Origin: a phage
Assembly (NCBI GenBank): GCA_028879995.1
Contig: GCA_028879995.1_4895.1
Reading direction: 5' to 3' (one strand)
Length of the DNA: 52,495 nucleotides
The notes beneath the pieces are model-generated. The model searched no databases, was not told where the DNA came from, and saw nothing but the letters and a program-made list of their open reading frames with translations. Shown here one piece after another: positions 1 through 10,675 of this stretch. The first letter of the stretch is position 1, and each line of letters opens with the position of its first letter. A program made the position numbers and the translations under genes.

Positions 1-279
1 AAAAAAACCCGTGAGGCAACAGAAGAGCTGTTGGCCACTATGCGACGTATCCAACTGGACCCGTTGGAAGTTATGCAACGAGCTATCATCCTTGCTGAAC
101 GTGAAGACGACTATAAAGCAATGATGGATGGTGCGCTTGGTGTTATGCCGTACATGTATCCTAAGCTGAAAGAGTCCGTTGTTAAAGCTGACATCGACCA
201 GAACTTGTCTGGCAATGGCGTTAGCCTGAATATTACGATCGGTGACCAGAAAGTGGTAGACGTTACTGAGGAAGAGTAA
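1..279 (+). CDS. Probable terminase small subunit, C-terminal part (ORF open to the window edge)
   Basis: Frame 1 has no stop from nt 1; ends TAA 277-279 just before the terminase large subunit ATG; call is by position only. Confidence 0.3.
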   Translation, partial: KKTREATEELLATMRRIQLDPLEVMQRAIILAEREDDYKAMMDGALGVMPYMYPKLKESVVKADIDQNLSGNGVSLNITIGDQKVVDVTEEE

Positions 280-282
280 TAA

Positions 283-1731
283 ATGAACCTTGACTTTCAC
301 CTGCATGACAGACAAGGTGCCGCTCTACAGTCTCAGGCAACTGAGATTCTGTACGGTGGCGCTGCTGGTGGTGGTAAGTCTCACCTTATGCGTGTAATGT
401 CGATTATCATGTGCTGCATGATACCTGACTTGCAGATTTACCTTTTCCGCCGAAACTATAACGACCTTACGGCTAACCACATGGTTGGTCCCACAAGTTA
501 TCCTGCCTTGCTGGATGGTATGTGCAAAGCTGGCAAGTGCAAGATTAACTACTCGAGCAACACGATTAAATTCTGGAACGGTGCGAACATCAAACTCTGT
601 CACCTCCAGTACGAAAAAGATATTTATACCTACCAGGGTGCGGAGATTCACGTTCTGCTGATGGATGAGCTTACTCACTTCACAGAAACGATGTACCGCT
701 TCTTGCGTAACCGTGTCCGACTCGGTGCTCTCAAAGTACCTGAGAACTTTTTCCGGCCACTGCCACTCATCTTTTGTGGGTCAAACCCTGGTGGTGTTGG
801 TCATAACTGGGTTAAGCGCACTTTCGTAACTGCTGCTCCTCCGATGAAAATCGTTAAGCAGGAAAAACGCGAAGGCGGTATGGCTCGTCAGTACATTCCG
901 GCTAAGATGACTGATAACCCTACGCTGATGGAAAACGACCCTGACTACGGTGACCGTCTTGAAGGTCTTGGTGACCCGGCTCTTGTTGCTGCGATGAAAG
1001 AGGGTGACTGGGATATTGTTGCTGGTGGTGCGCTTGACGACGTATGGTCAACCAAGTGTATTCTGCCGCGTATGCGTATTCCGAAAGGCTGGACTATCGA
1101 ACGTTCTCTTGACTGGGGTTCTACTCACCCGTTCTCTGTTGGTATCTGGGCTATCGCAAATGGTGCCTCGCTTACAGACGACGAAGGCAATGAGTACTTT
1201 ATTCCGCGTGGTTCAATTATACGTATAGCTGAATGGTATGGGTGCTCTGAAAAAGAAGCTAACAGGGGTATTAAGCTATCTGCTGCCGAAGTCGCTCAAG
1301 GTGTTCTTCGCCTACAGGAAAATCTGCAGGCTGGTGGCTGGATTCAAAGTAACGTTAATCCTGGTCCGGCGGATAGTCAGATTTATGCGTGCAAGGAAAA
1401 AGACGTTGAGACTATCGCGAAGAAAATGGAAGACGAAGGCGTAACCTGGGTCAAGGCCGACAAGTCACAAGGTTCGAGAATAAATGGCTTAGAGCTATTC
1501 CGTCAGCTTCTGAAAAATGTTAAGATGGACGAAACGGAAAAGCCGGGCATTTATTTCATGGAAAACTGTCCAGCAGCCATAAACACGTTGCCGGTTCTGC
1601 CGCGTGACAAGAACAACACGGAAGATGTCGACACGAACTCTGAAGACCACGTATACGATGATTGTCGTTACATGGTGTTGCGTGGCATCAACCGTTATAC
1701 TACCAAGCTCAAAATAAATATGGGACGGTAA
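283..1731 (+). CDS. terL: Terminase large subunit
   Basis: Walker A GGAAGGGKSH, Walker B-like HVLLMDELTHF, acidic C-terminal nuclease-like region; 482 aa; directly precedes portal. Confidence 0.9.
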   Translation: MNLDFHLHDRQGAALQSQATEILYGGAAGGGKSHLMRVMSIIMCCMIPDLQIYLFRRNYNDLTANHMVGPTSYPALLDGMCKAGKCKINYSSNTIKFWNGANIKLCHLQYEKDIYTYQGAEIHVLLMDELTHFTETMYRFLRNRVRLGALKVPENFFRPLPLIFCGSNPGGVGHNWVKRTFVTAAPPMKIVKQEKREGGMARQYIPAKMTDNPTLMENDPDYGDRLEGLGDPALVAAMKEGDWDIVAGGALDDVWSTKCILPRMRIPKGWTIERSLDWGSTHPFSVGIWAIANGASLTDDEGNEYFIPRGSIIRIAEWYGCSEKEANRGIKLSAAEVAQGVLRLQENLQAGGWIQSNVNPGPADSQIYACKEKDVETIAKKMEDEGVTWVKADKSQGSRINGLELFRQLLKNVKMDETEKPGIYFMENCPAAINTLPVLPRDKNNTEDVDTNSEDHVYDDCRYMVLRGINRYTTKLKINMGR

Positions 1732-1732
1732 A

Positions 1733-3295
1733 ATGTCGATAACCCCAAGCAGCACGCCGAACGTCGGATACCAGCGTCCTGAGCTGACTAAGAACGCTGG
1801 TAAGTACCGAATGATTAAGGACTGCATCGAGGGTCAGGAAGCTGTTAAAGCACGCGGTGATTTCTACTTGCCCCGTCCTGACCCTACGAACTGCACAGAA
1901 GAAAACATGATGCGGTATAATTCGTACCTGCGTCGCGCTGTGTTCTACAACGTACTGCAGCGAACTCTTTCGGGTATGACTGGCCTGGTATTCCAGCAGC
2001 AGCCTGAGATGCTAATGCCTGACGATATGGAAGTGCTGAAAGTAAATATCGACGGTGCAGGCATTGGTGCTATTCAGCAAATGCGTAAGTGCTTCAAGTC
2101 TGTTCTGGCTTTTGGTCGAGCAGGTCTGTTGACTGACTTCCCTAAAGCACGTATCGGTGAGTTTGGCGAGTCCATTGGCTTTACCCGTAAAGAGCTGATG
2201 GACGGAGATGTACAGCCGACAGTAACGCTGTATATGCCATGGCAGATTATAAACTGGCGAGAAGAGTATCGCAACGGTAAAGTGATGCTCACTCAAGTTG
2301 TCATTTGCGAACAGATACCGGGTGTTACTGATGGCTTTCAGCAAGACTACACACCCGTGTGGCGTCACCTTTACCTGGATGAAGAAGGCAATTGCAACCA
2401 GTCTTTGTGGGTCAATAAGGGCGACAAGAACGCGCAGAACGTCTCCGGTGGTGCGTTGTATGTCACGCAAGAAAATGTTGTCTTACGCGACTCCAATGGC
2501 TTACCGTTGAAGTTTATTCCGTTCCAGTTTATTGGTTCTGAAACAAACAGCGCTGAGATTGACCCTCCGCCGATGTACGACTTAGCTGTGCTTAATATTG
2601 CACACTACCGTAACTCTGCTGACTACGAAGAGTCATGCTTCGTAACAGGTCAACCCACAGTATGGGCGTCTGGTCTTACTGAGGCATGGGTTGAAGATGT
2701 TCTGAAGGGTGAACTGCGACTCGGTTCGTTTGGTGGTATTCCGCTGCCGGCTAACGCCGCTGTAGGTATTATCCAGACCAACCCTAACACCCAGCCGTTT
2801 GAAGCGATGAAGCAAAAAGAAGCACAGATGATTGCAATCGGTGCTCGTCTGATTCGTGAGAATGGTAAGGTAGAACGACGCGAAGTTGAGATTAAGAATG
2901 AAGCTGCATCTGAAGCTTCGCTTATCGTAACTGTTGCGCAGAACGTTGAAGCTGCTTATCGTAAAGCAATCGAATGGTGTGGCCTGTTCTACGGACACCC
3001 TAAAGAAGAAATTACGATTAACCTCAGCTACAACTTCATCTATAGCCAGTTGACTTATCAAGAACGTCAGCAACTGGTTAACGAATGGATTGCCGGTGCT
3101 ATCACGTTTAGTGAGATGCGTAGCAATCTTAAACAGGCTGGCATTGCTAAGCTCACCGACGAAGAAGCCAAGAAGCTAATTGATGAAGAGCTGGCTGAAC
3201 GCGATGCGCGTGAGGTAGCAAAAGAAGCAGAAAAGAACGCTCAAGCAGCTAAGAACAGCGATGGGCAGGAAAATAATCCAGAAAAAACTGAATAA
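1733..3295 (+). CDS. Portal protein
   Basis: 520 aa ORF immediately after terL (2-nt gap), acidic C-terminus; position and size. Confidence 0.7.
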   Translation: MSITPSSTPNVGYQRPELTKNAGKYRMIKDCIEGQEAVKARGDFYLPRPDPTNCTEENMMRYNSYLRRAVFYNVLQRTLSGMTGLVFQQQPEMLMPDDMEVLKVNIDGAGIGAIQQMRKCFKSVLAFGRAGLLTDFPKARIGEFGESIGFTRKELMDGDVQPTVTLYMPWQIINWREEYRNGKVMLTQVVICEQIPGVTDGFQQDYTPVWRHLYLDEEGNCNQSLWVNKGDKNAQNVSGGALYVTQENVVLRDSNGLPLKFIPFQFIGSETNSAEIDPPPMYDLAVLNIAHYRNSADYEESCFVTGQPTVWASGLTEAWVEDVLKGELRLGSFGGIPLPANAAVGIIQTNPNTQPFEAMKQKEAQMIAIGARLIRENGKVERREVEIKNEAASEASLIVTVAQNVEAAYRKAIEWCGLFYGHPKEEITINLSYNFIYSQLTYQERQQLVNEWIAGAITFSEMRSNLKQAGIAKLTDEEAKKLIDEELAERDAREVAKEAEKNAQAAKNSDGQENNPEKTE

Positions 3296-3300
3296 AGCTA

Positions 3301-3329
3301 TTTACTTTCGGTTTACCTGGCTATATAAT
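3301..3329 (+). promoter_or_regulatory. sigma70-like promoter TTTACT-N17-TATAAT (scaffold/capsid operon)
   Basis: Exact -35 TTTACT, 17-nt spacer, -10 TATAAT right after the portal stop. Confidence 0.55.
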
Positions 3330-3337
3330 CCTTCATG

Positions 3338-3410
3338 TCAACCGCGCAACAGCCGGCCACGAGAGTCTGCAGGGCTCAGTGGATTTCGGATGGCTGGCTG
3401 CGCGGTTTGA
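3338..3410 (+). other. Long imperfect hairpin in the 5' leader of the scaffold/capsid transcript
   Basis: Arms tcaaCCGCGCAacagcc (3338-3354) and ggctggctGCGCGGtttga (3392-3410) pair over about 11 bp with bulges around a 35-nt loop. Confidence 0.35.
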
Positions 3411-3472
3411 CCAAAACCTGTTCAGAGCCCACTTGAGTGGATTGAGCCCCTCTCATATAGGATTGTAAAATT

Positions 3473-4186
3473 ATGGCACTTAAAACAGTTGTAACTGACC
3501 TTACCGAAGTTGATGAAGGCTTCCGTGGCCTGTATATCAAAGACGAAGCATCTGGTGCATTCCGTTTGGACGTTGAACCAGACGAAAAAACGCTGAAAGA
3601 ATTAGAAGACCTGCGCAAAGAAAAACAGCGTATGGAACAGCACACCAAAAAGCTTCTCGAAGAAAAGAAAAAAGAAGCTGAACGTGCTCGCCTGGCTGAA
3701 GAAGAACGCGCACGTCGTGAGCGTGATGTTGAATCTCTTGAGCGCTCTATCAAAGAGAAACATCAGGCTGAACTGGAACAGTATACTAATCGTCAGGCCC
3801 AGCTGCAAGCTCAGCTGGAAGCGCAAATGGTTGATAACCTGGCGCTGAACCTGGCTAACCAACTCTCTGACACCCCGGCACTTATTATGCCACACATCAA
3901 GGCCCGACTGCGCGCTCAGGAAATTGATGGTAAGTGGCGTACTACTGTCGTGGATGTTATGGGTAACCCGACTGCTACAACGCCAGATGAACTAGTGGAA
4001 CATATGCGCGCTGATAAGCAGTTTGCACCTCTTGTGCGTGGAACCAAGGCTGGCGGTGGCGGTGCCAACGGCGGCGGAGCTAATCCTGGTGGGAACGGCG
4101 GTGGCGAACAGCACACTTTCGGAGGCGGGGACGACCGCATAGCACGTGCTCGTGCTAAAATCCAAAACACACAATGGGGCAAATAA
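3473..4186 (+). CDS. Scaffolding protein
   Basis: 237 aa, highly charged coiled-coil-like E/K/R/Q-rich body, Gly-rich C-terminus; lies between portal and capsid gene. Confidence 0.6.
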   Translation: MALKTVVTDLTEVDEGFRGLYIKDEASGAFRLDVEPDEKTLKELEDLRKEKQRMEQHTKKLLEEKKKEAERARLAEEERARRERDVESLERSIKEKHQAELEQYTNRQAQLQAQLEAQMVDNLALNLANQLSDTPALIMPHIKARLRAQEIDGKWRTTVVDVMGNPTATTPDELVEHMRADKQFAPLVRGTKAGGGGANGGGANPGGNGGGEQHTFGGGDDRIARARAKIQNTQWGK

Positions 4187-4189
4187 TTT

Positions 4190-5167
4190 ATGTCACTGTA
4201 TATTTTTAACGAACAAGTACGTTCTACCGCCACCGAACTGGTTGACCAGGACGTACAGAAGTTTAACGAAGCTTCTGCAGGTACCCTTATTCTGGGTAAC
4301 CAGTACGTAATCGGTGATTACGTTGAGCAGGCAATGTGGCAGCTGGTTGACGGTATCGCTACCCGCCGTAATGCTTACGCTGGTACCAACAAAGTTGATG
4401 CGCAGACTCTGGGCCAGATTCTGGACCGCTCTGTTAAAATCGACGGCCGTGTTGGTCCTCTGAACATTACCGGTACTATGATGCGTCGCATCGGTGCAGG
4501 TGATACTGAACCAGCAGCTGTTGTTGCTGCACAGGCATCTGCTGCAATGTTCCAGGATTACCTGAACACCACTGCTGCATGTCTGGTAGCTGCTATCGGC
4601 GCAAACGCTGATGTTGTTCTGGACGTAACTTCAGGCTCCGGTGCTGCTGCAAACATCACCATGCAGAACCTGAACAAAGTCAACGCGAAGATGGGTGACC
4701 GTTCTCAGCAGATTCGTGCGTACATCATGCACTCTACTGCGTTCCACTCCCTCATCGACCAGGCTATCAACAACACAGAACACCTGTTCCAGATTGGTGA
4801 CCTGAACGTGTACAAAGACTTCCTGGGTCGTCGTTATGTCGTTTCCGACATCCCGGCTCTGGTTGATGGCGCCGGTGCTTCCGCTAAGTACCGCACTCTT
4901 GGTCTGACCCCGTCTGCTGCAATAGTTCAGGTCGGCGGCCTGTACGACATGGTTACCTCCGAGCAAACCGGTGGTGAAAACATCCTGCGTCAGATGCAGG
5001 GTGAATACGACTTCAACGTGTCGCTGAAAGGCTACAGCTGGGTCGGTCACAAAGCTGGTCAGTCTCCGACTGATGAAGACCTGGCTGCTCAGGCGTCCTG
5101 GTCTAAAGTTGCGACTTCCAACAAAGACACCGCTGGTGTTATGTTGCTGGCTAAGTCTGCAATCTAA
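4190..5167 (+). CDS. Major capsid protein
   Basis: 325 aa ORF directly after scaffold, followed by a strong intrinsic terminator (5190-5217). Confidence 0.7.
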   Translation: MSLYIFNEQVRSTATELVDQDVQKFNEASAGTLILGNQYVIGDYVEQAMWQLVDGIATRRNAYAGTNKVDAQTLGQILDRSVKIDGRVGPLNITGTMMRRIGAGDTEPAAVVAAQASAAMFQDYLNTTAACLVAAIGANADVVLDVTSGSGAAANITMQNLNKVNAKMGDRSQQIRAYIMHSTAFHSLIDQAINNTEHLFQIGDLNVYKDFLGRRYVVSDIPALVDGAGASAKYRTLGLTPSAAIVQVGGLYDMVTSEQTGGENILRQMQGEYDFNVSLKGYSWVGHKAGQSPTDEDLAAQASWSKVATSNKDTAGVMLLAKSAI

Positions 5168-5189
5168 CCCACAAACGGGACTAACAAAA

Positions 5190-5217
5190 GGCGAGCTGAC
5201 GAGCTCGCCTTTTTTTA
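5190..5217 (+). terminator. Intrinsic terminator after major capsid gene
   Basis: 8-bp GC-rich stem GGCGAGCT/AGCTCGCC, 4-nt loop, then T7. Confidence 0.75.
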
Positions 5218-5246
5218 TTTACACGTATAAAGTTCTGGTATATAAT
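5218..5246 (+). promoter_or_regulatory. sigma70-like promoter TTTACA-N17-TATAAT (neck/tail operon)
   Basis: Exact match to the recurring promoter pattern directly after the terminator. Confidence 0.6.
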
Positions 5247-5272
5247 CGGACTAAACTTGCTGGAGGCTTTCT

Positions 5273-5773
5273 ATGGCATACACACTTGTTGTGGAAGACG
5301 GTTCAATTGTTCCGGGTGCTAACTCGTATGTTAGCACTGCAGAAGTTGATGAGTTTATCACTAACGAAGGTATTCTCATTCAACCAGGAACTGACCCGTA
5401 CTACCAAGCTGCCAAAGCAGCTATCCGACTTGATAACCAGTTTAACTGGCTAGGTCGTAAGGTCAGCAAAACACAGAGCATGGCTTGGCCCCGTACTGGC
5501 CTCGGTGCATGTAATGTTGACATCGCGGAGTCTGTAATTCCGCGAGAAGTTAAGCTGGCACAGCTTTATATGATGGCCAGTGTATTGAGCTACGACGGTG
5601 AAGAAGGTGTGCGTAGCGACCAGGCTTTGCGCCGTAAGAAAGTTGGTAACCTGGAGATTGAATACTTCGACTCCAAATCAGGCGTTACCGGTGCAACTGA
5701 CCTTTGGACGTCAGACGTCAGGGCCATGCTCAAGCACCTTGTGGGTGCATCACTGAGAGCGCGGAGAGTATAA
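5273..5773 (+). CDS. Head-tail adaptor/connector-like protein
   Basis: 166 aa, first gene after the capsid terminator/promoter, RBS GGAGG; start of a translationally coupled neck operon. Confidence 0.35.
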   Translation: MAYTLVVEDGSIVPGANSYVSTAEVDEFITNEGILIQPGTDPYYQAAKAAIRLDNQFNWLGRKVSKTQSMAWPRTGLGACNVDIAESVIPREVKLAQLYMMASVLSYDGEEGVRSDQALRRKKVGNLEIEYFDSKSGVTGATDLWTSDVRAMLKHLVGASLRARRV

Positions 5774-6261
5774 TGATTCGTATACGCCTTGAACGTCGCG
5801 ACAAACAAAAGTTCGAGTTCACCTACCGTGCCTTTAAGTCGTTTGAAGGTCAAGGCGTATCAGTAGGTGTTCATCCAGAGCACAACAGACGTATAAATCC
5901 CAGGGACCGTATAACAAACGCCGAGCTAGCAATGGTGCATGAGTACGGTCTTAACGGCCTGCCAGAACGAAGCTTTCTTCGTAGTGCTGTTGGTGGCAGG
6001 GGTAAAGGCCGACAGGCAATAAACAAAGCTTTCCGCGATAATGTACCTGCTGTTCTCAGAGGAAGCATGACTGCGCATGAGCTTAACGACAAAATAGGTC
6101 GTATGCTTGTTGACGCTGTTCACGACAGAATGGACAGTGACGTGCCACCTCCTAACACCGAGCTGACAGAAGAACGCAAACGCGGGCCAGGTACACTTAG
6201 AGAATCTATGCAGTTGTATGATTCGATAGGGTACAAAGTTGGCAGAAACTGGAGGCTATAA
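5773..6261 (+). CDS. Neck/head-completion protein
   Basis: ATG 5773 overlaps upstream stop (TAATG); tool start 5704 is an upstream extension; 162 aa basic protein. Confidence 0.35.
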   Translation: MIRIRLERRDKQKFEFTYRAFKSFEGQGVSVGVHPEHNRRINPRDRITNAELAMVHEYGLNGLPERSFLRSAVGGRGKGRQAINKAFRDNVPAVLRGSMTAHELNDKIGRMLVDAVHDRMDSDVPPPNTELTEERKRGPGTLRESMQLYDSIGYKVGRNWRL

Positions 6262-6638
6262 TGCTCAAGATAACTTCGCTAATGAAGGATAAAACCTTTG
6301 TAGCATTAACAGATGTTCTTCTCCGAAATGATTCACGCTTACCAAACGGCGACTTCGAAGACGAATATACAGCTGCAAAGTATCTGTGTAACATTCAACC
6401 TGGTGCAGCTACTAACCAGCCTAACCTGTTGACTAAAGACGATGGCGAGCATGAGTTCCCACGTATTGCGATATACTGTGGACAAGAACTAAAGCTCGGA
6501 GACTTCGTTATATACGAAGACCAGCCATACCGTGTATTCCGTATCGACCCATGGAGTCGTCATGGCCACTACTACGTTACAGCAATTCTCCATAAAGGAC
6601 CTCAGGGAGCTCGTTCAGAAGCTTTTAACATTACCTGA
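6261..6638 (+). CDS. Hypothetical virion protein
   Basis: TAATG coupling to the upstream gene; 125 aa. Confidence 0.3.
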   Translation: MLKITSLMKDKTFVALTDVLLRNDSRLPNGDFEDEYTAAKYLCNIQPGAATNQPNLLTKDDGEHEFPRIAIYCGQELKLGDFVIYEDQPYRVFRIDPWSRHGHYYVTAILHKGPQGARSEAFNIT

Positions 6639-7089
6639 CGGTGCATGCATTATTGGTGAAGAGTCTGGTACAGTTGATGGTACGCCGTATGTTTATCTGC
6701 GTCCTGGTGATGCTTATGACTTCGGACCTCCTAGAACCAGACAAGGCTCTGACGGCTTTGAGTACGTCAGCAAGCCAATGATGACAGCTGTACGTATTAC
6801 AGCTGTCGGTAAGAATGCTGCTGAGCTAATGCGTAAGCTACACATAGCGCTGGGTAGTTCACCAGCTAAGCAGTTTAACCGTTTACGGCATTATGCAATA
6901 ACCAAAATATCGAAGATTGATAATGTCGGTGGTGCTATTGGTGCAGGCTATGCTCAGAAGTCAATGCTGACTGTTGATATTAGCTATGTGCATAAAGTTA
7001 AAATTGAGCAACCGTACATCTACAAGGTTGACATCACTTGTATGGATGACAACGGTAACAAAGCGACTGGTACAGTAGAGGAACCGTAA
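6562..7089 (+). CDS. Hypothetical virion protein (possible neck/tail terminator)
   Basis: First ATG at 6562; overlaps the previous ORF by 77 nt in another frame; start uncertain. Confidence 0.3.
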   Translation: MATTTLQQFSIKDLRELVQKLLTLPDGACIIGEESGTVDGTPYVYLRPGDAYDFGPPRTRQGSDGFEYVSKPMMTAVRITAVGKNAAELMRKLHIALGSSPAKQFNRLRHYAITKISKIDNVGGAIGAGYAQKSMLTVDISYVHKVKIEQPYIYKVDITCMDDNGNKATGTVEEP

Positions 7090-7712
7090 TGGCAACTGAA
7101 GTAGACCCGGAACTGCAAGCGCAGCTGGATAAGCTAACCACTGCTGTCCAGCTCATTCATGACTTCGGTATGTCAGGCGACCCAAACATCCCTAACCCGG
7201 AAGGCGGTGTCATACGCACGCTCGAAGGCATTAACGCTGCAATCAATGAAGCTATACCAAACTTTGAAAACGCTAACGAAGCTGCTATCCAGGCGCGTGC
7301 TGCTCGTGACGCGGCTATTGCAGCCAAAGAAGCTGCAGAAACGGCAGCTGAACAGGCCACAGTAGCTTCGACGTCAGCAATCTATGAGTACGGCAACGTT
7401 GCAAGTGCAGCTACCGTAACTATACCTGCTGCATCTAAAACAATTGTCAGCCTTACTCTTAACCAGCCAAACACCGTAATTAATATCGGTGGTGTATCTG
7501 ACCCGTCTACTGTTGCGCGTCAGATTACTATTGCTATTAAGCAAGGCACTGGTTCTAACAAGGTGACTTCTTGGGATCCAAGAATAAAATGGGCCAACAA
7601 CAGGAAGCCCGTTCTGTCATTCCTTGTGGGTTACACAGATGTTGTTACGTTGCTGACCTTTGACTCAGGCGCAACTTGGATGGGTTTCTTTAACGGTGGA
7701 TGGATTAAATAA
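7089..7712 (+). CDS. Hypothetical virion protein
   Basis: 207 aa, Ala/Glu-rich helical N-terminal half; TAATG coupling on both sides. Confidence 0.3.
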   Translation: MATEVDPELQAQLDKLTTAVQLIHDFGMSGDPNIPNPEGGVIRTLEGINAAINEAIPNFENANEAAIQARAARDAAIAAKEAAETAAEQATVASTSAIYEYGNVASAATVTIPAASKTIVSLTLNQPNTVINIGGVSDPSTVARQITIAIKQGTGSNKVTSWDPRIKWANNRKPVLSFLVGYTDVVTLLTFDSGATWMGFFNGGWIK

Positions 7713-10669
7713 TGCACACGATGTTGCTTAAAGACGGATCAGACCATCGAGCTAATGTCGAAAGCCTTATCGAAGGTCACCACCATTTTCTTGAGCGCAA
7801 TACTGGCAGAACTGACGACGCTACGCGTCAGCACTATATCTTCAATCCAGAAGGAGTAGTGTCGAACAACCGCCATTTTATTGCACACACCATGATGGAG
7901 TATCAACCTAACGGTGATGCTCCGTCTGAAAGTCAGTCGCTGCTAATACTCGGCGAAATTCACGCGTACCTTGCTACTAAGGAACAGCGGTACCTTGACA
8001 AAGCAATTGAGTACTTCAATGCTTACGTCAAGTACTATTACGAGGGGGACCCAATCCCTGATACTCCTCGTCGCTGGATCGCTAACTGGCTTTGTAATGG
8101 CAAAGAGCCTGTGCTAGCCAGCTTCCCAATCAACCCTGATTCACCAACACAAGGCGGCTATAAAAATGTGCCAGTTAAATTTGTTAACGGCAAAGCACAA
8201 ATCCCTCATGGTTCTCCTTTCTGGGGCGAGTACCTGGATGTTGCTACTTGGGCCCACAGGGGACACATGGCTTGGCCTGCTATTAATGGTGGTGTCCGTG
8301 TTATTAAAAATAAAGTTGACTGGGACGATATTTACAACAATTATCGCATCACTACCATGCCAGCTGACCCGTGGAATCAGTTAGCCTGGATTGACTGGCC
8401 GAGGTATCTGGGTGAACCAAGCTACACTGTGGACTGGTCTGCTGCTGAACCTCCTGTACATCTCATCGAGTATATTGTTGCATGGACCAATAACAAGATT
8501 GGTGTTCTACCTGGCAAAAACGATGAGCTATGGGGAGGTGAGATTCTTGAGACTGGACTGCCTGATTCTCGCAGAGGTGAGATTCAACTCCGTGACCATA
8601 CTATCAACGGTGTGTACCTGCTTAACTATGCTGTTAAGCTTCCTGTTGAACACGGTGGTTATTTGCTTAAGCGAAATGAAGTATGGCACAACAGACCGGT
8701 AAACGTTCCATTGTACGGCGAGCTTCAACGCGGTAATGCTGCTGATGCTGAGTTGTGGTTCTGTGACTGCTGCTATATGCTGTGGCGAATTACTAACGAG
8801 CAAAAGTATTACAACGCTTGGCAAGCTGTCCTGTTTACACTGGAGGAGTATATTGACATCGATAAACAAGACCAGTTCTTCCGACAAGACACTCACGCGT
8901 CGTCTCCGTTTACTGATGGTATCTCTTATGATTGGTCTTATCCTGAACTGGCACAAGCTATATATTCACGTGATGAAAATGGTTATATAGTTCTGCGTCA
9001 GAACGAAAAAGCTCAATCATCTCTGGAGCAACAGGCTGTATGGTTTAAGTGTAAGCCAACAGCTAAGATACGTACAGAGGTCGGTGGCAAAGATGATGCT
9101 GGTCAGAATATCAGTGTCAAGGTGGAAATGTACATGAACCGTGAGAAGGTTGACGTCGAGCAAAACATCTATCGTTTTGTCACACAGCTACCTGCTCTTG
9201 GTGCTTCGCCTGCTAACTACGACATTCCGTTAAGCGATTTTGTCGCAGGTACTAAGCCAGACGGTTCTGAGTATATCTTAGCTGATATTCGTTCATCCAC
9301 TGATTATGGTAATGCCACTATTGCAGTGTCTTACCGTACTGACATACTCGACAACAGACGTGGCAACACTGTTCGTATGACTATACCTGATAGTTCGTCA
9401 GGTGCCATTATAGGCTTTTGGCTACTGGAATCTTCCCAGGCACCTTTAAACTCGCTGACGTATACTTCTACAGGTCCGTTGTGCATCAAAGTAACTGACG
9501 CGCAAGGCTGGAGCTGGGTACGTGATTTACCTGCCGCATCAGGCTGGGTAACTCAGCAGATTCGCACCTGGGAGTTCAGGCTGGCGTCATACCAGGAAAA
9601 CACAGGTACACCACCAGCTAGCCCACAATTCGGCGAGATTAAGCAGTTCTCGTTTGTACTGCCTGACGGCGTTAATACGTCGACAAGTATTAGCTGGTAC
9701 TGTGTGAATGATGTTCCGCCTCGCTATAACTGGCCAATTGGTTATACGATTAAGTATCGTCTTACTTTCTCGGCTGATAACCCGTACACAGCTAAGCTTG
9801 GCGACTGTACTGTGCTGGACTATGAGAATGATAACCTTGCTTACACGCCAGGTGTTATTCCGTTCTCCAACATTTATAACCCTGATTCTAAGCAGTTCGA
9901 TGGTTGGCACGGTATACCTTACCCTGGCTATCAGTATCCGTTTGTCTTTACGCATGACGATACTGCAGCAGGTACAATCAGGCTGAACAACATGGTTAAC
10001 TTTTTGTACGATTCTCAGCAATGGTACTTTAAGAAGTTTGGTCAGCTAGGTCCTGGCGCATCTGCTTTTATCTGGAACCGTTGGGATAACTTTAAATACG
10101 GTGTACCTGATACGTTTACCATGTATCACTGGGGTAATGGTAGTGCATGGTCAGGTTACCAGCCTCGTGCTTATTTCTCCGCAGCACGTGGATGGTATGA
10201 GCTAGTAAACCGTGGTAAGCCAGTTCCGAGTAAGCTTATTGCTTATGTGGATAACTGGTCAAAATGGTTGCTTGACTTCATGGAAAGGTCAGGAGGTGTG
10301 TCGCCTTCTAACTTCCCACAAGAAGGTGTTGCTCTGCCAGTCCCTTCAGACTTCACAGGTCACATGTGCGGACTATGGCTTGCTGGTGCAGCTATGTCAG
10401 CCCTTTGTGGGTCAATGGTATCAGGACTGGATAAGCTGATGGACATGCTTGTTAATGAACTGGAAGACCATTACGACATAACTGGTATTCCGGGGCATGT
10501 AATGGATGGTGGTTGGTCACCAGCGTTACGCCTTGAAACTGGTTCAGGACCTGAAAGCAACGCCATGTACTATGGTTTTTACTCTGGCGAAATATTACGA
10601 GGGTTGGGCTTATACCTGCTGTACAAAAACAAAGGGGCTAAAGCAGATATTTATGATTTAGGCCCGTAA
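7712..10669 (+). CDS. Large virion-associated protein, possible carbohydrate-active/receptor-interacting protein
   Basis: 985 aa, Trp/Tyr/Gly-rich; in the structural operon between neck genes and Ig-like proteins; function inferred from composition and position only. Confidence 0.3.
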   Translation: MHTMLLKDGSDHRANVESLIEGHHHFLERNTGRTDDATRQHYIFNPEGVVSNNRHFIAHTMMEYQPNGDAPSESQSLLILGEIHAYLATKEQRYLDKAIEYFNAYVKYYYEGDPIPDTPRRWIANWLCNGKEPVLASFPINPDSPTQGGYKNVPVKFVNGKAQIPHGSPFWGEYLDVATWAHRGHMAWPAINGGVRVIKNKVDWDDIYNNYRITTMPADPWNQLAWIDWPRYLGEPSYTVDWSAAEPPVHLIEYIVAWTNNKIGVLPGKNDELWGGEILETGLPDSRRGEIQLRDHTINGVYLLNYAVKLPVEHGGYLLKRNEVWHNRPVNVPLYGELQRGNAADAELWFCDCCYMLWRITNEQKYYNAWQAVLFTLEEYIDIDKQDQFFRQDTHASSPFTDGISYDWSYPELAQAIYSRDENGYIVLRQNEKAQSSLEQQAVWFKCKPTAKIRTEVGGKDDAGQNISVKVEMYMNREKVDVEQNIYRFVTQLPALGASPANYDIPLSDFVAGTKPDGSEYILADIRSSTDYGNATIAVSYRTDILDNRRGNTVRMTIPDSSSGAIIGFWLLESSQAPLNSLTYTSTGPLCIKVTDAQGWSWVRDLPAASGWVTQQIRTWEFRLASYQENTGTPPASPQFGEIKQFSFVLPDGVNTSTSISWYCVNDVPPRYNWPIGYTIKYRLTFSADNPYTAKLGDCTVLDYENDNLAYTPGVIPFSNIYNPDSKQFDGWHGIPYPGYQYPFVFTHDDTAAGTIRLNNMVNFLYDSQQWYFKKFGQLGPGASAFIWNRWDNFKYGVPDTFTMYHWGNGSAWSGYQPRAYFSAARGWYELVNRGKPVPSKLIAYVDNWSKWLLDFMERSGGVSPSNFPQEGVALPVPSDFTGHMCGLWLAGAAMSALCGSMVSGLDKLMDMLVNELEDHYDITGIPGHVMDGGWSPALRLETGSGPESNAMYYGFYSGEILRGLGLYLLYKNKGAKADIYDLGP

Positions 10670-10675
10670 CCACTA

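Noticed and set aside
3376-3753. Minus-strand Ser/Arg-rich ORF of 125 aa (and 3602-3895)
   Set aside because: Lies antisense within the scaffold gene; low-complexity shadow ORF.
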